Shown: positions 31,628-42,480, counted from the first letter of the stretch. The stretch: DNA of 64,000 nucleotides from Tumidithrix helvetica PCC 7403 (GCF_965232925.1 NZ_CBDDRA010000001.1:64001-128000), one strand, 5' to 3'. Numbers and translations: made by a program. Notes: generated from the letters alone by a model not told the origin.

Positions 31628-31902
31628 AAGGGATTTGCAAAAATCAGGATCAGCGAGATCACAAAACAGTAAATCGCCACCGATTCGATAAAGGCAAGCC
31701 CCACAAACAGCGTGCGCGTAATCGTGTTGGCTTCGTCGGGTTGTTGGGCGATTGCGTTCAGGGCTTGGGCGATCGCTTTTCCTTCACCGAGGGCGGGTGC
31801 GATCGAGCCAATGGCAATGGTCAACCCCGCCGTTAAAATCGAAATCGTTCCCACAATCCAAACAGCCATAAAAATGGGATTGTTACTATCAAGATGCGTC
31901 AT
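31585..31902 (-). CDS. atpE: N-ATPase c subunit (proteolipid)
   Basis: Two-helix hairpin ...GEGKAIAQALNAIAQQPDEA...[28 protein letters not shown]. The start may be the internal ATG at 31869 (MAVWIVG...). Confidence 0.8.
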   Translation of the reverse strand: MTHLDSNNPIFMAVWIVGTISILTAGLTIAIGSIAPALGEGKAIAQALNAIAQQPDEANTITRTLFVGLAFIESVAIYCFVISLILIFANPFWNYVISAVTKVGG

Positions 31903-31993
31903 AATGCCCTTCCTTATTTGAGTCTAACCGTTTTAGATTTTGGATGCAGTAGAAAAAGAAGTAATTCCTTACAGTCTCCCCTCTGTCTGGGAA

Positions 31994-32659
31994 TCAATCC
32001 CCATGACTTGCCGAGCCGATGTATACCAATGCCAAAATCGCAAAGATATAGGCTTGAATGATCCCAGTGATTAAGCCCAGAAGCTGCATGATCGCAGGAA
32101 AGAAAAAAGGTGCGATCGCCAGTAATAGGGCGGCAATCATGCTTTCGCTCATGACGTTCCCGAATAGGCGAACGGCTAGGGCTAGGGTGCGAGAGAGTTC
32201 GCTAATAATGTGAAAAGGCAGCATAATCGGACTGGGTTTCAGGTATTGGCGCAGGTAATTCCCCAGCCCCTGTTGGCGAATCCCGAAAACAGGGACGGCA
32301 AAAAACACGCAAATAGCAAGAGCAGCCGTGGTGGAAAGCGATCCCGTGGGTGGGTGATAGAAAGGTACGATCGCCAGTAAATTCGACGTGGCAATGAAAA
32401 TAAACAGGGTTCCAATAAAGGGAAGATAGCGATCGGGTTCTTTGCCGCTGGTTTGACGAATTTGTTCTCGAACCGTACTCACCAAAACTTCTAAAAAATT
32501 TTGCCAGTGGCCGATTTCGACATCGCTAGAAAGCTTGCGCGTAATCGACCAAGAGCAGATTCCCAAAAGCAAAATAATTGCCCAAGTGAAGACCAACGTC
32601 GCATTGAGCGCGACATTCCCCCATTGCCAAAACACAATTGAATCGGGACTAATGTGCAT
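31994..32659 (-). CDS. atpB: N-ATPase a subunit
   Basis: 221 aa, 5-6 TM; the essential Arg in LSRTLALAVRLFGNVMS. Confidence 0.85.
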   Translation of the reverse strand: MHISPDSIVFWQWGNVALNATLVFTWAIILLLGICSWSITRKLSSDVEIGHWQNFLEVLVSTVREQIRQTSGKEPDRYLPFIGTLFIFIATSNLLAIVPFYHPPTGSLSTTAALAICVFFAVPVFGIRQQGLGNYLRQYLKPSPIMLPFHIISELSRTLALAVRLFGNVMSESMIAALLLAIAPFFFPAIMQLLGLITGIIQAYIFAILALVYIGSASHGD

Positions 32660-32959
32660 TTATCCTCCTCGTTTTGGTGCGATCGGTTGGAGTCGCTCGA
32701 TCGTACGATTGCGAATCCAAAAAAACATGCCCAAACAAGCGATTAAATGCAGGGGCGCATAGTCTTTGACGCAGAAAAGCAACAGAGAAAATCCCGCCAA
32801 CACAATCCCTAACCTTCCGAAAAAACTGCCTAGAGCTAAGAGGACGGGGGCGCGGGCTTTGGGCAATTTTCGCACCGTCACCCACAATCCACCAAAATAG
32901 ACCGTGCCTAGCACAGCACCTAAAATTAGCGTCAAGGGTAGAAAGAACAAACTAATCAT
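32660..32959 (-). CDS. atpR: N-ATPase accessory membrane subunit AtpR
   Basis: 99 aa, three TM helices with a conserved membrane Arg (WVTVRKLP). It sits between atpQ and atpB, as in N-atp operons. Confidence 0.65.
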   Translation of the reverse strand: MISLFFLPLTLILGAVLGTVYFGGLWVTVRKLPKARAPVLLALGSFFGRLGIVLAGFSLLLFCVKDYAPLHLIACLGMFFWIRNRTIERLQPIAPKRGG

Positions 32960-33362
32960 GTTTGACCTCCGTTTCAGAATTAGATTCGGGCTCGGAATCG
33001 GGCTCGGGCTCGGTTAATCGGTCTAGGGGAGCTTGCGATCGCACCATGCGCTCTTGCTCTTGGGCAACCCACTGCCAAGCCACCAAGCAACCCAGCGTCA
33101 AGCCGCCCAACATCAGTGCCAAAGTCCAAGACATCTGACTGGGAAACTGGCGATCGATCCACATGCCCAGCGCCATGCCTAAGAGCGTGGGCGCGACTAC
33201 CGACCAACCGACCAAACCTGCAAAACCCAGACCAAACCAAACGCCCCCAAAGGGTTGGGTTTGACGGGCGTGTAATTTGCGCTGTTCCTTGGTGGCGATC
33301 GCTTCCGTAAAGACATGGGCAGGCGATCGGGCTTTGCGCCGCGAAGATTGAGGGGATTTCAT
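32952..33362 (-). CDS. atpQ: N-ATPase accessory subunit AtpQ (AtpZ/AtpI-like, ATPase gene-1 family)
   Basis: 136 aa; the FGGVWFGLGFAGLVGWSVVAPTLLGMALGMWIDRQFP...WTLALMLGGLTLGCLVAWQWV two-TM core typical of the AtpZ/AtpI family. I chose this frame over the overlapping 32980..33372 ORF. Confidence 0.65.
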   Translation of the reverse strand: MKSPQSSRRKARSPAHVFTEAIATKEQRKLHARQTQPFGGVWFGLGFAGLVGWSVVAPTLLGMALGMWIDRQFPSQMSWTLALMLGGLTLGCLVAWQWVAQEQERMVRSQAPLDRLTEPEPDSEPESNSETEVKHD

Positions 33363-33748
33363 AAAAATTCACCTAACTCGATAAAACGTCGAATCGTGCT
33401 GATTTCGAGTTTTGCCAATACCGATCGCGCTGTTTTTTCGCGATCGCTGAAAGCCCGAAATTGTTGGGCGATCGTTTGTCGCAACATTCCTAGATCCTCC
33501 CCCTTAGCCGCGTGTTGGGTCGAAATTGTAACGGTATCTTCTTGTTTAATTAAAATTCCTTCATCAACTGCCCAAAACTGTTCTTTTCCTTCCTCGGGAA
33601 TAAACGAAAGCAAACTCGGTACCAGTATCGCTACAAAGTCCACATGGCGCGGCAGCAGACAAAACGAACCATTCTCGGCTTCGGCAACGACTTTGCTGAC
33701 TTCCGTTTCCAGCAAAATCTTGGTAGGTAAGATAATTTTGAGCAGCAT
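33359..33748 (-). CDS. atpC: N-ATPase subunit epsilon
   Basis: 129 aa; N-terminal beta-sandwich (LKIILPTKILLETEVSKV) and a C-terminal helical hairpin. Confidence 0.8.
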   Translation of the reverse strand: MLLKIILPTKILLETEVSKVVAEAENGSFCLLPRHVDFVAILVPSLLSFIPEEGKEQFWAVDEGILIKQEDTVTISTQHAAKGEDLGMLRQTIAQQFRAFSDREKTARSVLAKLEISTIRRFIELGEFL

Positions 33749-33759
33749 GACACACCACT

Positions 33760-35166
<1,407 letters not shown>

Positions 35167-35474
35167 TTAGTAGCTCAGTACTCCTAGAGAATCGTAGCGA
35201 AGTTGTCGTTAGGAAACAGAGAGATTGAACTGATTATACAAGCCTTCTCAAATATTTACTGGAATAAAAAACCAGCAAAGAGAAGGGGAACGATTAAAAC
35301 CATTACGGCAATAAAAAGAATCGTGCCAGCACTCACTTCTTCCGTTTCCTTAGCTTTGTTTTGCGGTTTTCTCATAATGCACCTGCACAGCTAATCGATA
35401 CCTTGATTTTACCTTAATCTCAGCCTCACCTCTCCTTAAAGTTCCTTCGCATTGAGAATTGTAAACTTGGCTGT

Positions 35475-36137
35475 TCATAACACGATTAGTTTGCGCCGCA
35501 CGGCTTCCATGCAGAGGGCAACGCGGGTACTGGTATTGTTTTCATCGAGATAATCGATTCCCAGTTTTGCCTTTAGCCGTTGAATGGAATTTTGAGCGGT
35601 TTTTAAGGAAATGTTCATGCGTTGAGCGATCGCTTTGTCTGTGAGCGCTTCCCGCCCCAATAGGTTTAGAACTTCTGTCTCGCGTTCGTCTAGATCGATA
35701 TCGTGGCGCAGTTCTCTGGGAATCTCTAGTTTGCCCTCTAGGGCATGTTTGACCCCCTCTAAATAGGCTTTGCGACGTTCGAGTTTGCTGACCACAACAA
35801 ATCCGCCTTTGTGGCGACCGAGCAATTTACTCAGCGGTTTTAAATATCTGTACTCGCTGGTATAAATCAGAACATTCAACATCGGGTAGCCCTGAAAAAT
35901 CTGGCGCAACAGTTCTAAACAGGGTTGCGCCGATTGTTCGCCCGTCGATGTCCCAAATAGCAAATCGACAATAATTAGGTCGGGGATCTCTAGCTTGAGT
36001 CGTTCTAGAGCCTCAGCAGGCGCGTGAGCTATCTCACATATCGCTTCTGGATGAAGTTTTTGTAAAAATAGGCAGTTGTTTTGAGCGACTTCGGGATGAT
36101 CTTCGAGAATTAAAAATAGAGGTGGTCGAGAATCCAT
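35475..36137 (-). CDS. Response regulator, NarL/FixJ family (REC plus LuxR-type HTH)
   Basis: 220 aa; receiver Asp in DLIIVDLLFG; C-terminal LuxR HTH ETEVLNLLGREALTDKAIAQRMNISLKTAQNSIQRLKAKLG. Confidence 0.85.
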   Translation of the reverse strand: MDSRPPLFLILEDHPEVAQNNCLFLQKLHPEAICEIAHAPAEALERLKLEIPDLIIVDLLFGTSTGEQSAQPCLELLRQIFQGYPMLNVLIYTSEYRYLKPLSKLLGRHKGGFVVVSKLERRKAYLEGVKHALEGKLEIPRELRHDIDLDERETEVLNLLGREALTDKAIAQRMNISLKTAQNSIQRLKAKLGIDYLDENNTSTRVALCMEAVRRKLIVL

Positions 36138-36251
36138 AACCTCCCAGCCAAATTGGAATTAGGTATTTATCATAATCCTAAAAGATATCTAAAGAGAAGC
36201 TTGTTTTTGCATAAATTTACAGTTACATAGTTCAAAACGACTAAATTTCGA

Positions 36252-38168
36252 TTAATTAAAGGCAATTTCCCAAGAAAGCTGCACTCTTAAGCCCCCCTCT
36301 TGTAAGGCGACGCATTCAAATAAGCCATCGGGTAGCTCTGTCGCGATCGTTGCCATAAATTTCATCCCATAGCCTCCCTGCATTCTCAAATTTGTCGGGC
36401 TCTCAAAGGTTGCGGGATCAAGTTGTGAACCATCATTCTCGATCGCCAGCGAACAATACCTATCTTGCTGACTCAGAATCACCTTAACCTGCGTAGCCTT
36501 GCCATGGGGTGGTTGAGCGTGGATCGTGACATTGGTAATCGCCTCAATAAAAAAACGATAAATATCCTCGCGGGCTGCTAGCCAGAGGCTATTGAGTTCG
36601 GGTTCGTCGAGGGGTTGGATGTCTTGAATGACGCTGAGGGTGAGTTCTCTAGAATTGATGAGTTGGTACAGTTTCGCTTCTATGCCAGCAGCCAATCCTG
36701 CTTTCAATTTGGGCGTGAGTTGCAGCGCGATCGCACGAGTTTGATTTAACTGCTGGCGCAGGTGCTGCCCCATGCTTGCCAAGCGATCTAGAATGGGGTC
36801 GAGTTTGGATGCCGTTCCGTTTACTTGCAACATTTCTAGGCGATCCATCACGAGTTTTAGTTCTTGGAGCGGCCCTTGGTGAATATTGGCGGCGAGGCGA
36901 TGCAGCGTTTTTTGGGCTTGTGCGAGAATTGCTGCTTGTTCGATATTGTGTAGGCGATCGATTTCGCACTGTTGCTGGTAGATCAGATCTTTTTGGATGC
37001 CCAAGCGTAAGGAAATAAATACAGATATTGCGGTTGCACCCCAAACGCAGAGGGGAAAGGGTACGGGTAGAATCCAGCCTTGACTAAATAGCAGCAGCCC
37101 GAGTAGACCAAACCCACCCAGCCCAAAGATTGGACTGAGCCAATAGCGGTATCGTCTTCTCAAATTCCTGCTCAGTTTTCCATAGATAATCCATGCAGCG
37201 ATCGCGACGCCACCCCAAACAATGAGAGCATTTTGAATCCATAATGGCACGATGCGATAAAAAGAGTTGGTCAGCAAACTTGCCAGCAGATTGGCTTGCA
37301 GCTCGACCGCAGGCATGAGTTCGCCAAACGGCGATCGAATTGCAAAGGCATCGGGGTTAGAAGTATCTGTAAAGCCGATCGAGACAATTTTATTGCGAAC
37401 CTGTGCCAGCAATGGACTATTGCTTAAAATCGATTCCGCCTTGAGTCTAGGGAAGGTTCCCGTCGCTCCCCAGAAACGGATCTGAATGGGGGATGGGGAA
37501 GGAAACTGCTCTCGAACTTGGGGATTGAATTTCTTGAGGCTGAGTAGAGCGGCGGAGTCGAGTGTTTCTGGGCGATCTAGATTATGGGAGAGCGTGAATT
37601 CTCCTGACAAATTTGCCTGACGCGCTGTGCTTTTAGAACCAAAGGGATGTTTGGCTTCTGGCTCGAATTCGGAAAATCCTACAATCGATCTGGGCGAAAA
37701 TAGAGGGTTCCCTCGATCGGTTGAGGGAAGAAAGTATTCGTAACTTCGCCATTCTATGGGATTTGACTGACTGGCACTGGAAGTGGGAATGACAACGACG
37801 ATCCGAGAGGTATTTTCTTGAACTAAGGTTTTGATGGGATGATTAGCATGATCTGAGGTCTGCACCCAGTTGGGCATTAGGTTAAGAACGACGACCGATG
37901 CATCTGCGTCGAGAATCCGCTTGACTAATGAGGTATAAACTATCGGCTCTTTGTCTAGTCCCCAACTTCTCAAGTCAGAATCGGTAATGGGGACGAGCAA
38001 AATCTCTGGGGGAGGCGTGCTGGGATGGCTCAGATAGATAAGGCGATCCTGTAGAGACAGGTCGAGTTGTTGAATGACAGGAAGATCGAAGAGAATTAGA
38101 CTCCACAAAAGGCTCCAGCCTATTCCCAGCCAGAGGGCAGTGCGTTGCCATGCTTTACGGAGTGTCAT
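36252..38168 (-). CDS. CHASE2-domain sensor histidine kinase (HisKA_3/HATPase_c)
   Basis: 638 aa; N-terminal TM plus a CHASE2-like extracytoplasmic domain, three further TM helices, an H-box ANIHQGPLQELK (NarX/LiaS type) and a C-terminal HATPase_c. Confidence 0.8.
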   Translation of the reverse strand: MTLRKAWQRTALWLGIGWSLLWSLILFDLPVIQQLDLSLQDRLIYLSHPSTPPPEILLVPITDSDLRSWGLDKEPIVYTSLVKRILDADASVVVLNLMPNWVQTSDHANHPIKTLVQENTSRIVVVIPTSSASQSNPIEWRSYEYFLPSTDRGNPLFSPRSIVGFSEFEPEAKHPFGSKSTARQANLSGEFTLSHNLDRPETLDSAALLSLKKFNPQVREQFPSPSPIQIRFWGATGTFPRLKAESILSNSPLLAQVRNKIVSIGFTDTSNPDAFAIRSPFGELMPAVELQANLLASLLTNSFYRIVPLWIQNALIVWGGVAIAAWIIYGKLSRNLRRRYRYWLSPIFGLGGFGLLGLLLFSQGWILPVPFPLCVWGATAISVFISLRLGIQKDLIYQQQCEIDRLHNIEQAAILAQAQKTLHRLAANIHQGPLQELKLVMDRLEMLQVNGTASKLDPILDRLASMGQHLRQQLNQTRAIALQLTPKLKAGLAAGIEAKLYQLINSRELTLSVIQDIQPLDEPELNSLWLAAREDIYRFFIEAITNVTIHAQPPHGKATQVKVILSQQDRYCSLAIENDGSQLDPATFESPTNLRMQGGYGMKFMATIATELPDGLFECVALQEGGLRVQLSWEIAFN

Positions 38169-38237
38169 TTGGGTTACATGAAATAGTCTATTGAAATTTT
38201 TACAAGCAATATAGGCTTAAGTAGCCGATAAAGTCTA

Positions 38238-40703
38238 CTACGGCTTCTCAAAGATTACTCCCCATCCTGTACCTTTTCCATCAACTTCCCATCGAGGTCC
38301 CCAATTTTTCTTGCTGTAAAGCATATAGCGTCCATCTTCGTTAGATGTATAGCCACCATTGACTAAATCTGCTTCACCATAGGGATCCATGAAATAATAT
38401 GCGTTTCTATCTGCTTTGCACCCAACAACTAGGCACCAGTGACCACCCGTAGGACTATCAACAGAACCATGATGATTCCATCCAACTGCTATGGGGAACC
38501 CTTGTGCAAGTTGCTCATCTAGATCTTTAAAACTCAGGTCTTGTCTATAATGGGCAGTAATTCCATAGCTTTTTAGGGCTTCAACTTGTGCAGTAGGTTC
38601 AGTTGTATCCCCATATTTGAGAACAGTTGCTAGGTATGTATCATCAGCATTTTCCCCACTTAATGCTTCGGGTCGTAAATACTTTAATGCCATAGCACAG
38701 GTACTTGAAAAGCACATGCGCTGGGCATTGGGAGTTGTAGAATCTAATTGGCTATAGTACTGTACATTTAGTTTGATTTCCCGATTAAGATCAGCATTAT
38801 CTCTAGCATTTTCTTGTAGAGGCTTCGGGGATGTGCCTTCTAATTTACTTAGACCTTGCTGCCAAAGATCGCCTTCTGCACTTCGCCTCCTCCTCAAGCC
38901 TTCTTCTACATTAGAGCCAGGATTAACATACAGCATGAGTGCTTTGGGTACATAATGCCATCGCTTATCTCTTAGACAAGCTGTAATTGTATGGAAGCCA
39001 TCATCGCCATAAAAATACGCTCCTAGATTATAGGCAAAACTGCACAAAGCAGAACGCATATCATCATGCATCTCATTCCAGTAGGGGATCTTTTTTTGGA
39101 GGATATCCCAAAAGTTTTTCTCAAGATTAATGGCAAGGTATTCATCTGCTTCCACTTGAGAAATACAATCGTTCTTTCCAACTTTTTTCCCATCAGGATA
39201 GACTGTAGTCCCCCAACCAATTGTCCAAGGTTCGCCGTTAGTTTTAGGATCTGGATAAGCAGATAGTTCGCAACCTTCAAATTCTTTAATGAGCTTAACT
39301 GCTTGCAAGGGCACACCGCTTACCCTTTTAGTAGCTTCGGCTGAGACTTGAGGCAACTTGGGCGTTACTTCCTTAAGATTTTCAGTAGTTGGTATAGTCA
39401 GAGTAAGAACACTGGTTATCGCGGCATCTGACTGCTGAGATGAGTTGGTGATTGAGGATTGCTGTGCAGAAGGAGTTAGTTGTATCAACGGACTTGGGAA
39501 TATACTATTGAGTAAGGCTAAAGCCTTACTTTGCTGTCTAAGCCAGTCCTGATTTTGGGTGAGCCAATCTTTTATAGGAATCTCTACCCCATCGCTCTCA
39601 TACTCTCTAAGAGTCTTTTCTAGTCCTTTATTGTGGTCAACAGCAACTAAGTCCCGCAAAATTTCTTCCCTTCCTTGAGAAGCCCTATTTGTGTTCTCTC
39701 CTGCTTGTTTGGCAAGTTTGATTCTAGCGATCGCTCTGTAAAGTTCGTATTTCCAAGAATCTTCTCTGATCGATGAACCTCGAAGTTCAATTGCGCGATC
39801 GAGGTTGGAGATAGCATCTGCTAAAAGGGGAGGTTCTGACTCAATATAGGCATAAACTAGCTGAGCCAGATAATCAGGTTGATTGTCATCACTCTCTACA
39901 AGAGCTTTAAAAATAGGAATAGTCCTCTGACTCCGAAGTCTAAATGCAGAAGCTTTAGAGCGCTGAGCCGCTCGACGAGCATCGCTGGCACGGTAAAAAA
40001 TAAGTTCTTTGTCTTCAAGATCGGCTTTTTGAATTTTCTTTTGGAGATCTGATAACTCAGGCTCAGTCAGTCCGTTTTGAATTTGGCGATTGACAAGCAC
40101 AAGTAGATCCTTTCCTTCGGCTATTTGCTCTTTCTCTGCGTTAGCTTGCTTAGCATCTCTTTGGGCTAAATCAGCTCGCTCAATCAGTTCAAGTTGCTTT
40201 TTGAGTAACGCATTTAGGATGAGTTGACCACCGTAGCCGCCAACCAGTCCGGTCACAAAGACTTTAATTCCGCTGTTAATGCCACTTAGGTATTCAGTTG
40301 GTACAAAAACATAGGCAATAAATGCACCGCTTATGCCAATGAAGATTTCTCCCAAAAATCCAGGCTTAAGACCAGTGTCATCTTCACTCCAAGAAGGTAA
40401 ATCTAACTGACCATGTATCAAGATAGTGTGAAGAATTGCTCCCAGTGTTCCTGCTAGTGTGAGACTTAGATAGAGAGGATTTGCCTTGTTTAGCCATCCT
40501 AATAAATATGGCATACCTGAAACAGCATCTTCCGATGGATTTGTATGGCTGATAAGCTTGGCGAAGCCCAAAGCCATGAAAATCCCCAAACTAAACATCA
40601 AAATAAAATACAAAAATCTTAAGAGTCTTGGGAAAAATCTACGTCTCGTTCCGTTCATAAATTTAGGTTCCACTAGTTGGAAAGTTAGTGTGTTCGCAGA
40701 CAC
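38238..40703 (-). CDS. Multidomain membrane-anchored cell-wall hydrolase: four N-terminal TM helices, a long coiled-coil/helical linker, a GH24 phage-type lysozyme domain and a C-terminal C39-like cysteine peptidase domain
   Basis: 821 aa. TM helices at roughly residues 25-175. Lysozyme motif LIKEFEGCELSAYPDPKTNGEPWTIGWGTTVYP. C-terminal Cys/His pair in MCFSSTCAMALKYL ... GGHWCLVVGC. Confidence 0.7.
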   Translation of the reverse strand: MSANTLTFQLVEPKFMNGTRRRFFPRLLRFLYFILMFSLGIFMALGFAKLISHTNPSEDAVSGMPYLLGWLNKANPLYLSLTLAGTLGAILHTILIHGQLDLPSWSEDDTGLKPGFLGEIFIGISGAFIAYVFVPTEYLSGINSGIKVFVTGLVGGYGGQLILNALLKKQLELIERADLAQRDAKQANAEKEQIAEGKDLLVLVNRQIQNGLTEPELSDLQKKIQKADLEDKELIFYRASDARRAAQRSKASAFRLRSQRTIPIFKALVESDDNQPDYLAQLVYAYIESEPPLLADAISNLDRAIELRGSSIREDSWKYELYRAIARIKLAKQAGENTNRASQGREEILRDLVAVDHNKGLEKTLREYESDGVEIPIKDWLTQNQDWLRQQSKALALLNSIFPSPLIQLTPSAQQSSITNSSQQSDAAITSVLTLTIPTTENLKEVTPKLPQVSAEATKRVSGVPLQAVKLIKEFEGCELSAYPDPKTNGEPWTIGWGTTVYPDGKKVGKNDCISQVEADEYLAINLEKNFWDILQKKIPYWNEMHDDMRSALCSFAYNLGAYFYGDDGFHTITACLRDKRWHYVPKALMLYVNPGSNVEEGLRRRRSAEGDLWQQGLSKLEGTSPKPLQENARDNADLNREIKLNVQYYSQLDSTTPNAQRMCFSSTCAMALKYLRPEALSGENADDTYLATVLKYGDTTEPTAQVEALKSYGITAHYRQDLSFKDLDEQLAQGFPIAVGWNHHGSVDSPTGGHWCLVVGCKADRNAYYFMDPYGEADLVNGGYTSNEDGRYMLYSKKNWGPRWEVDGKGTGWGVIFEKP

Positions 40704-40967
40704 TGGATATAGCTTTACTCCTCGTGGACTCTAGCAAGATTCCTATCTACTCTTCAATACAGATAACAGTGATTTTATTTGCGGTTTAACGCAATTTTAT
40801 TTCCCTTAACGGTTATGTTGTTTAGACCTTATTTAGGTTAGGGTCATAATCAAGTTCGCGATCGAGAGATTTGGTTTCCTCCATTTTAGAATTGAAATCC
40901 TTATGTTCTCCTAGCTAGCTTTTAATACAAAGAAACAGAAAACACGCTCGTTTTGAGGATTAATCAT

Positions 40968-41267
40968 ATGAATCCACTGGATATAGTTTTTCGGATACTA
41001 GGTGACACAGATGAATTTATAAGTAAAGTGAATCAGGCTTGTGCCGATAAGGGGCTACCTCCAGCATTGCCGGGGAATACAGATTATCGCTTTGAAGGGT
41101 TTGGTGTTGCTTTTATAGGGTTTAAGCCTTATCTAACATTTTGGCTGCATTACAAGCCAGATAGTCCGCAACATATAGCGTTCGATAGGTTTGAAATTCC
41201 TATTAGTTACGCTCAATCATTGCATTTAGTTGCAGATTTGGGACATCCCGCAAATGCAACTGGATGA
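40968..41267 (+). CDS. Hypothetical protein
   Basis: The ORF track begins at a TTG (40953). The first ATG (MNPLDIV...) is at 40968, with GAGGA 8 nt upstream. No recognisable motif. Confidence 0.45.
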   Translation: MNPLDIVFRILGDTDEFISKVNQACADKGLPPALPGNTDYRFEGFGVAFIGFKPYLTFWLHYKPDSPQHIAFDRFEIPISYAQSLHLVADLGHPANATG

Positions 41268-41314
41268 TTGGAACTGTTGGAATTGAGTCCTTATCTTGTG
41301 GCTCTAGACACCTG

Positions 41315-41363
41315 TTGACATGCTGGCTAATGATTTCAAGCTTTTGTCCAGCCAGCATGTCAT
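41315..41363 (+). terminator. Stem-loop between the hypothetical gene and the alpha/beta-hydrolase gene
   Basis: GACATGCTGGCT (41317-28) pairs perfectly with AGCCAGCATGTC (41350-61); 21-nt loop. Confidence 0.4.
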
Positions 41364-41458
41364 AGTTTAAATTCAATTTCAGGGTAGTGAATCTTAAGAG
41401 AGGAGAGTCCAATAGCGTTACAGATAATTAATTTACTTTGATATGAGGAGTTAGTCTT

Positions 41459-42382
41459 ATGGCTAGCGTACAAACTTGGAAAGAATATTATCAGCAGCAT
41501 CTCAAAATCAATCCTAATTTGGTTCGAGATGGTTGCGAACCGCGTATCATGCTTCATGAAGAGTCACAAGAACATACTATTGTTTTGTTGCATGGACTAA
41601 CTGACTCTCCCTACTTTATGGAAGCAATTGGCAAGCAATTTTATGATATGGGATTTAACGTCTTGATTCCTTTGTTAACTGGGCACGGACTCAGAAATCC
41701 ACAGGGAATGAAGGGGGTGACTCTAGAACAGTGGATTGATAACGTTGATTTTGCTGTCAAGAAAGCTAGAGGTATGAGCCCAAAAGTCTCTATTGGTGGA
41801 CTGTCTACTGGAGGCGCACTCAGTGTCTATAAAGCAGTAACTGCTCCCAAAGAGATTACTGGAGGAGTCTTTCTGTTCTCTGCTGCTTTAGAACTAGCGT
41901 CGGGAGAAATTACCGAGACATTACTCAGAACGAAAGTTATCTTACCGTTACTTGCTTTTGTAGAGGACTTGAAAGACAAATCTCTAGTCGGTGACAATCC
42001 CTATCGCTATGACAGAATGGATAAACATGGAGCTGCGAAATTATCCGAATTGATTGAGAAGACAGATCGTCTTATTAAAGGGGAACAACACAAAGGTTTA
42101 ACTCAACCCCTCTTTATCGCTCATTCAGAGGATGACACAGCCGCTAAAATTGAGGGGGTCGAAGACTTATATGCAAAAGAACCTCCAGATAAGCGCGAAT
42201 TTTTCAGGATACCAAAACAACGTCAAGTTTCACATGCTAGCGTTGTTTTAGAAGCAGATATTAAAGCCAGCGATGGTCGTGTTTTAGAGCAAAAGAATCC
42301 CTTGTTTAGCGAGATGATGGATCGAGTTTGTGAATTCTCCAGAACGCATCTTGTTATAGAACCAATAAGTCTTATTGCCTGA
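41459..42382 (+). CDS. Alpha/beta-fold hydrolase (esterase/lysophospholipase-like)
   Basis: 307 aa; HGLTDSP oxyanion region; nucleophile elbow GLSTGG; no signal peptide. Confidence 0.75.
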   Translation: MASVQTWKEYYQQHLKINPNLVRDGCEPRIMLHEESQEHTIVLLHGLTDSPYFMEAIGKQFYDMGFNVLIPLLTGHGLRNPQGMKGVTLEQWIDNVDFAVKKARGMSPKVSIGGLSTGGALSVYKAVTAPKEITGGVFLFSAALELASGEITETLLRTKVILPLLAFVEDLKDKSLVGDNPYRYDRMDKHGAAKLSELIEKTDRLIKGEQHKGLTQPLFIAHSEDDTAAKIEGVEDLYAKEPPDKREFFRIPKQRQVSHASVVLEADIKASDGRVLEQKNPLFSEMMDRVCEFSRTHLVIEPISLIA

Positions 42383-42480
42383 AACATGGCATCTTTTTAC
42401 AATTTGTTAACCTTTACAAGCGAATTCATCAGAAATCTAGAACACAATTGAATCTTGAAAAAATAGTTAAAGAGGTATTT

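Noticed and set aside
32980-33372. Alternative 130-aa minus-strand ORF overlapping atpQ in another frame.
   Set aside because: The 32952-33362 frame gives the AtpZ/AtpI-like two-TM protein with proper 4-8 nt overlaps to its neighbours. This frame is Arg/Gly-rich shadow sequence.
35254-35375. An apparent 39-aa single-TM ORF on the minus strand just upstream of atpD (MRKPQNKAKETE...), which looked like an extra N-ATPase subunit.
   Set aside because: Re-translating base by base gives ...ACG GAG AAG AAG TGA, an in-frame stop after 14 codons. My first reading had dropped a base, so there is no such ORF.
35203-35394. 63-aa plus-strand ORF in the atpD / response-regulator intergenic region.
   Set aside because: No SD, low-complexity sequence, and it lies in a likely promoter region. 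Probably spurious.
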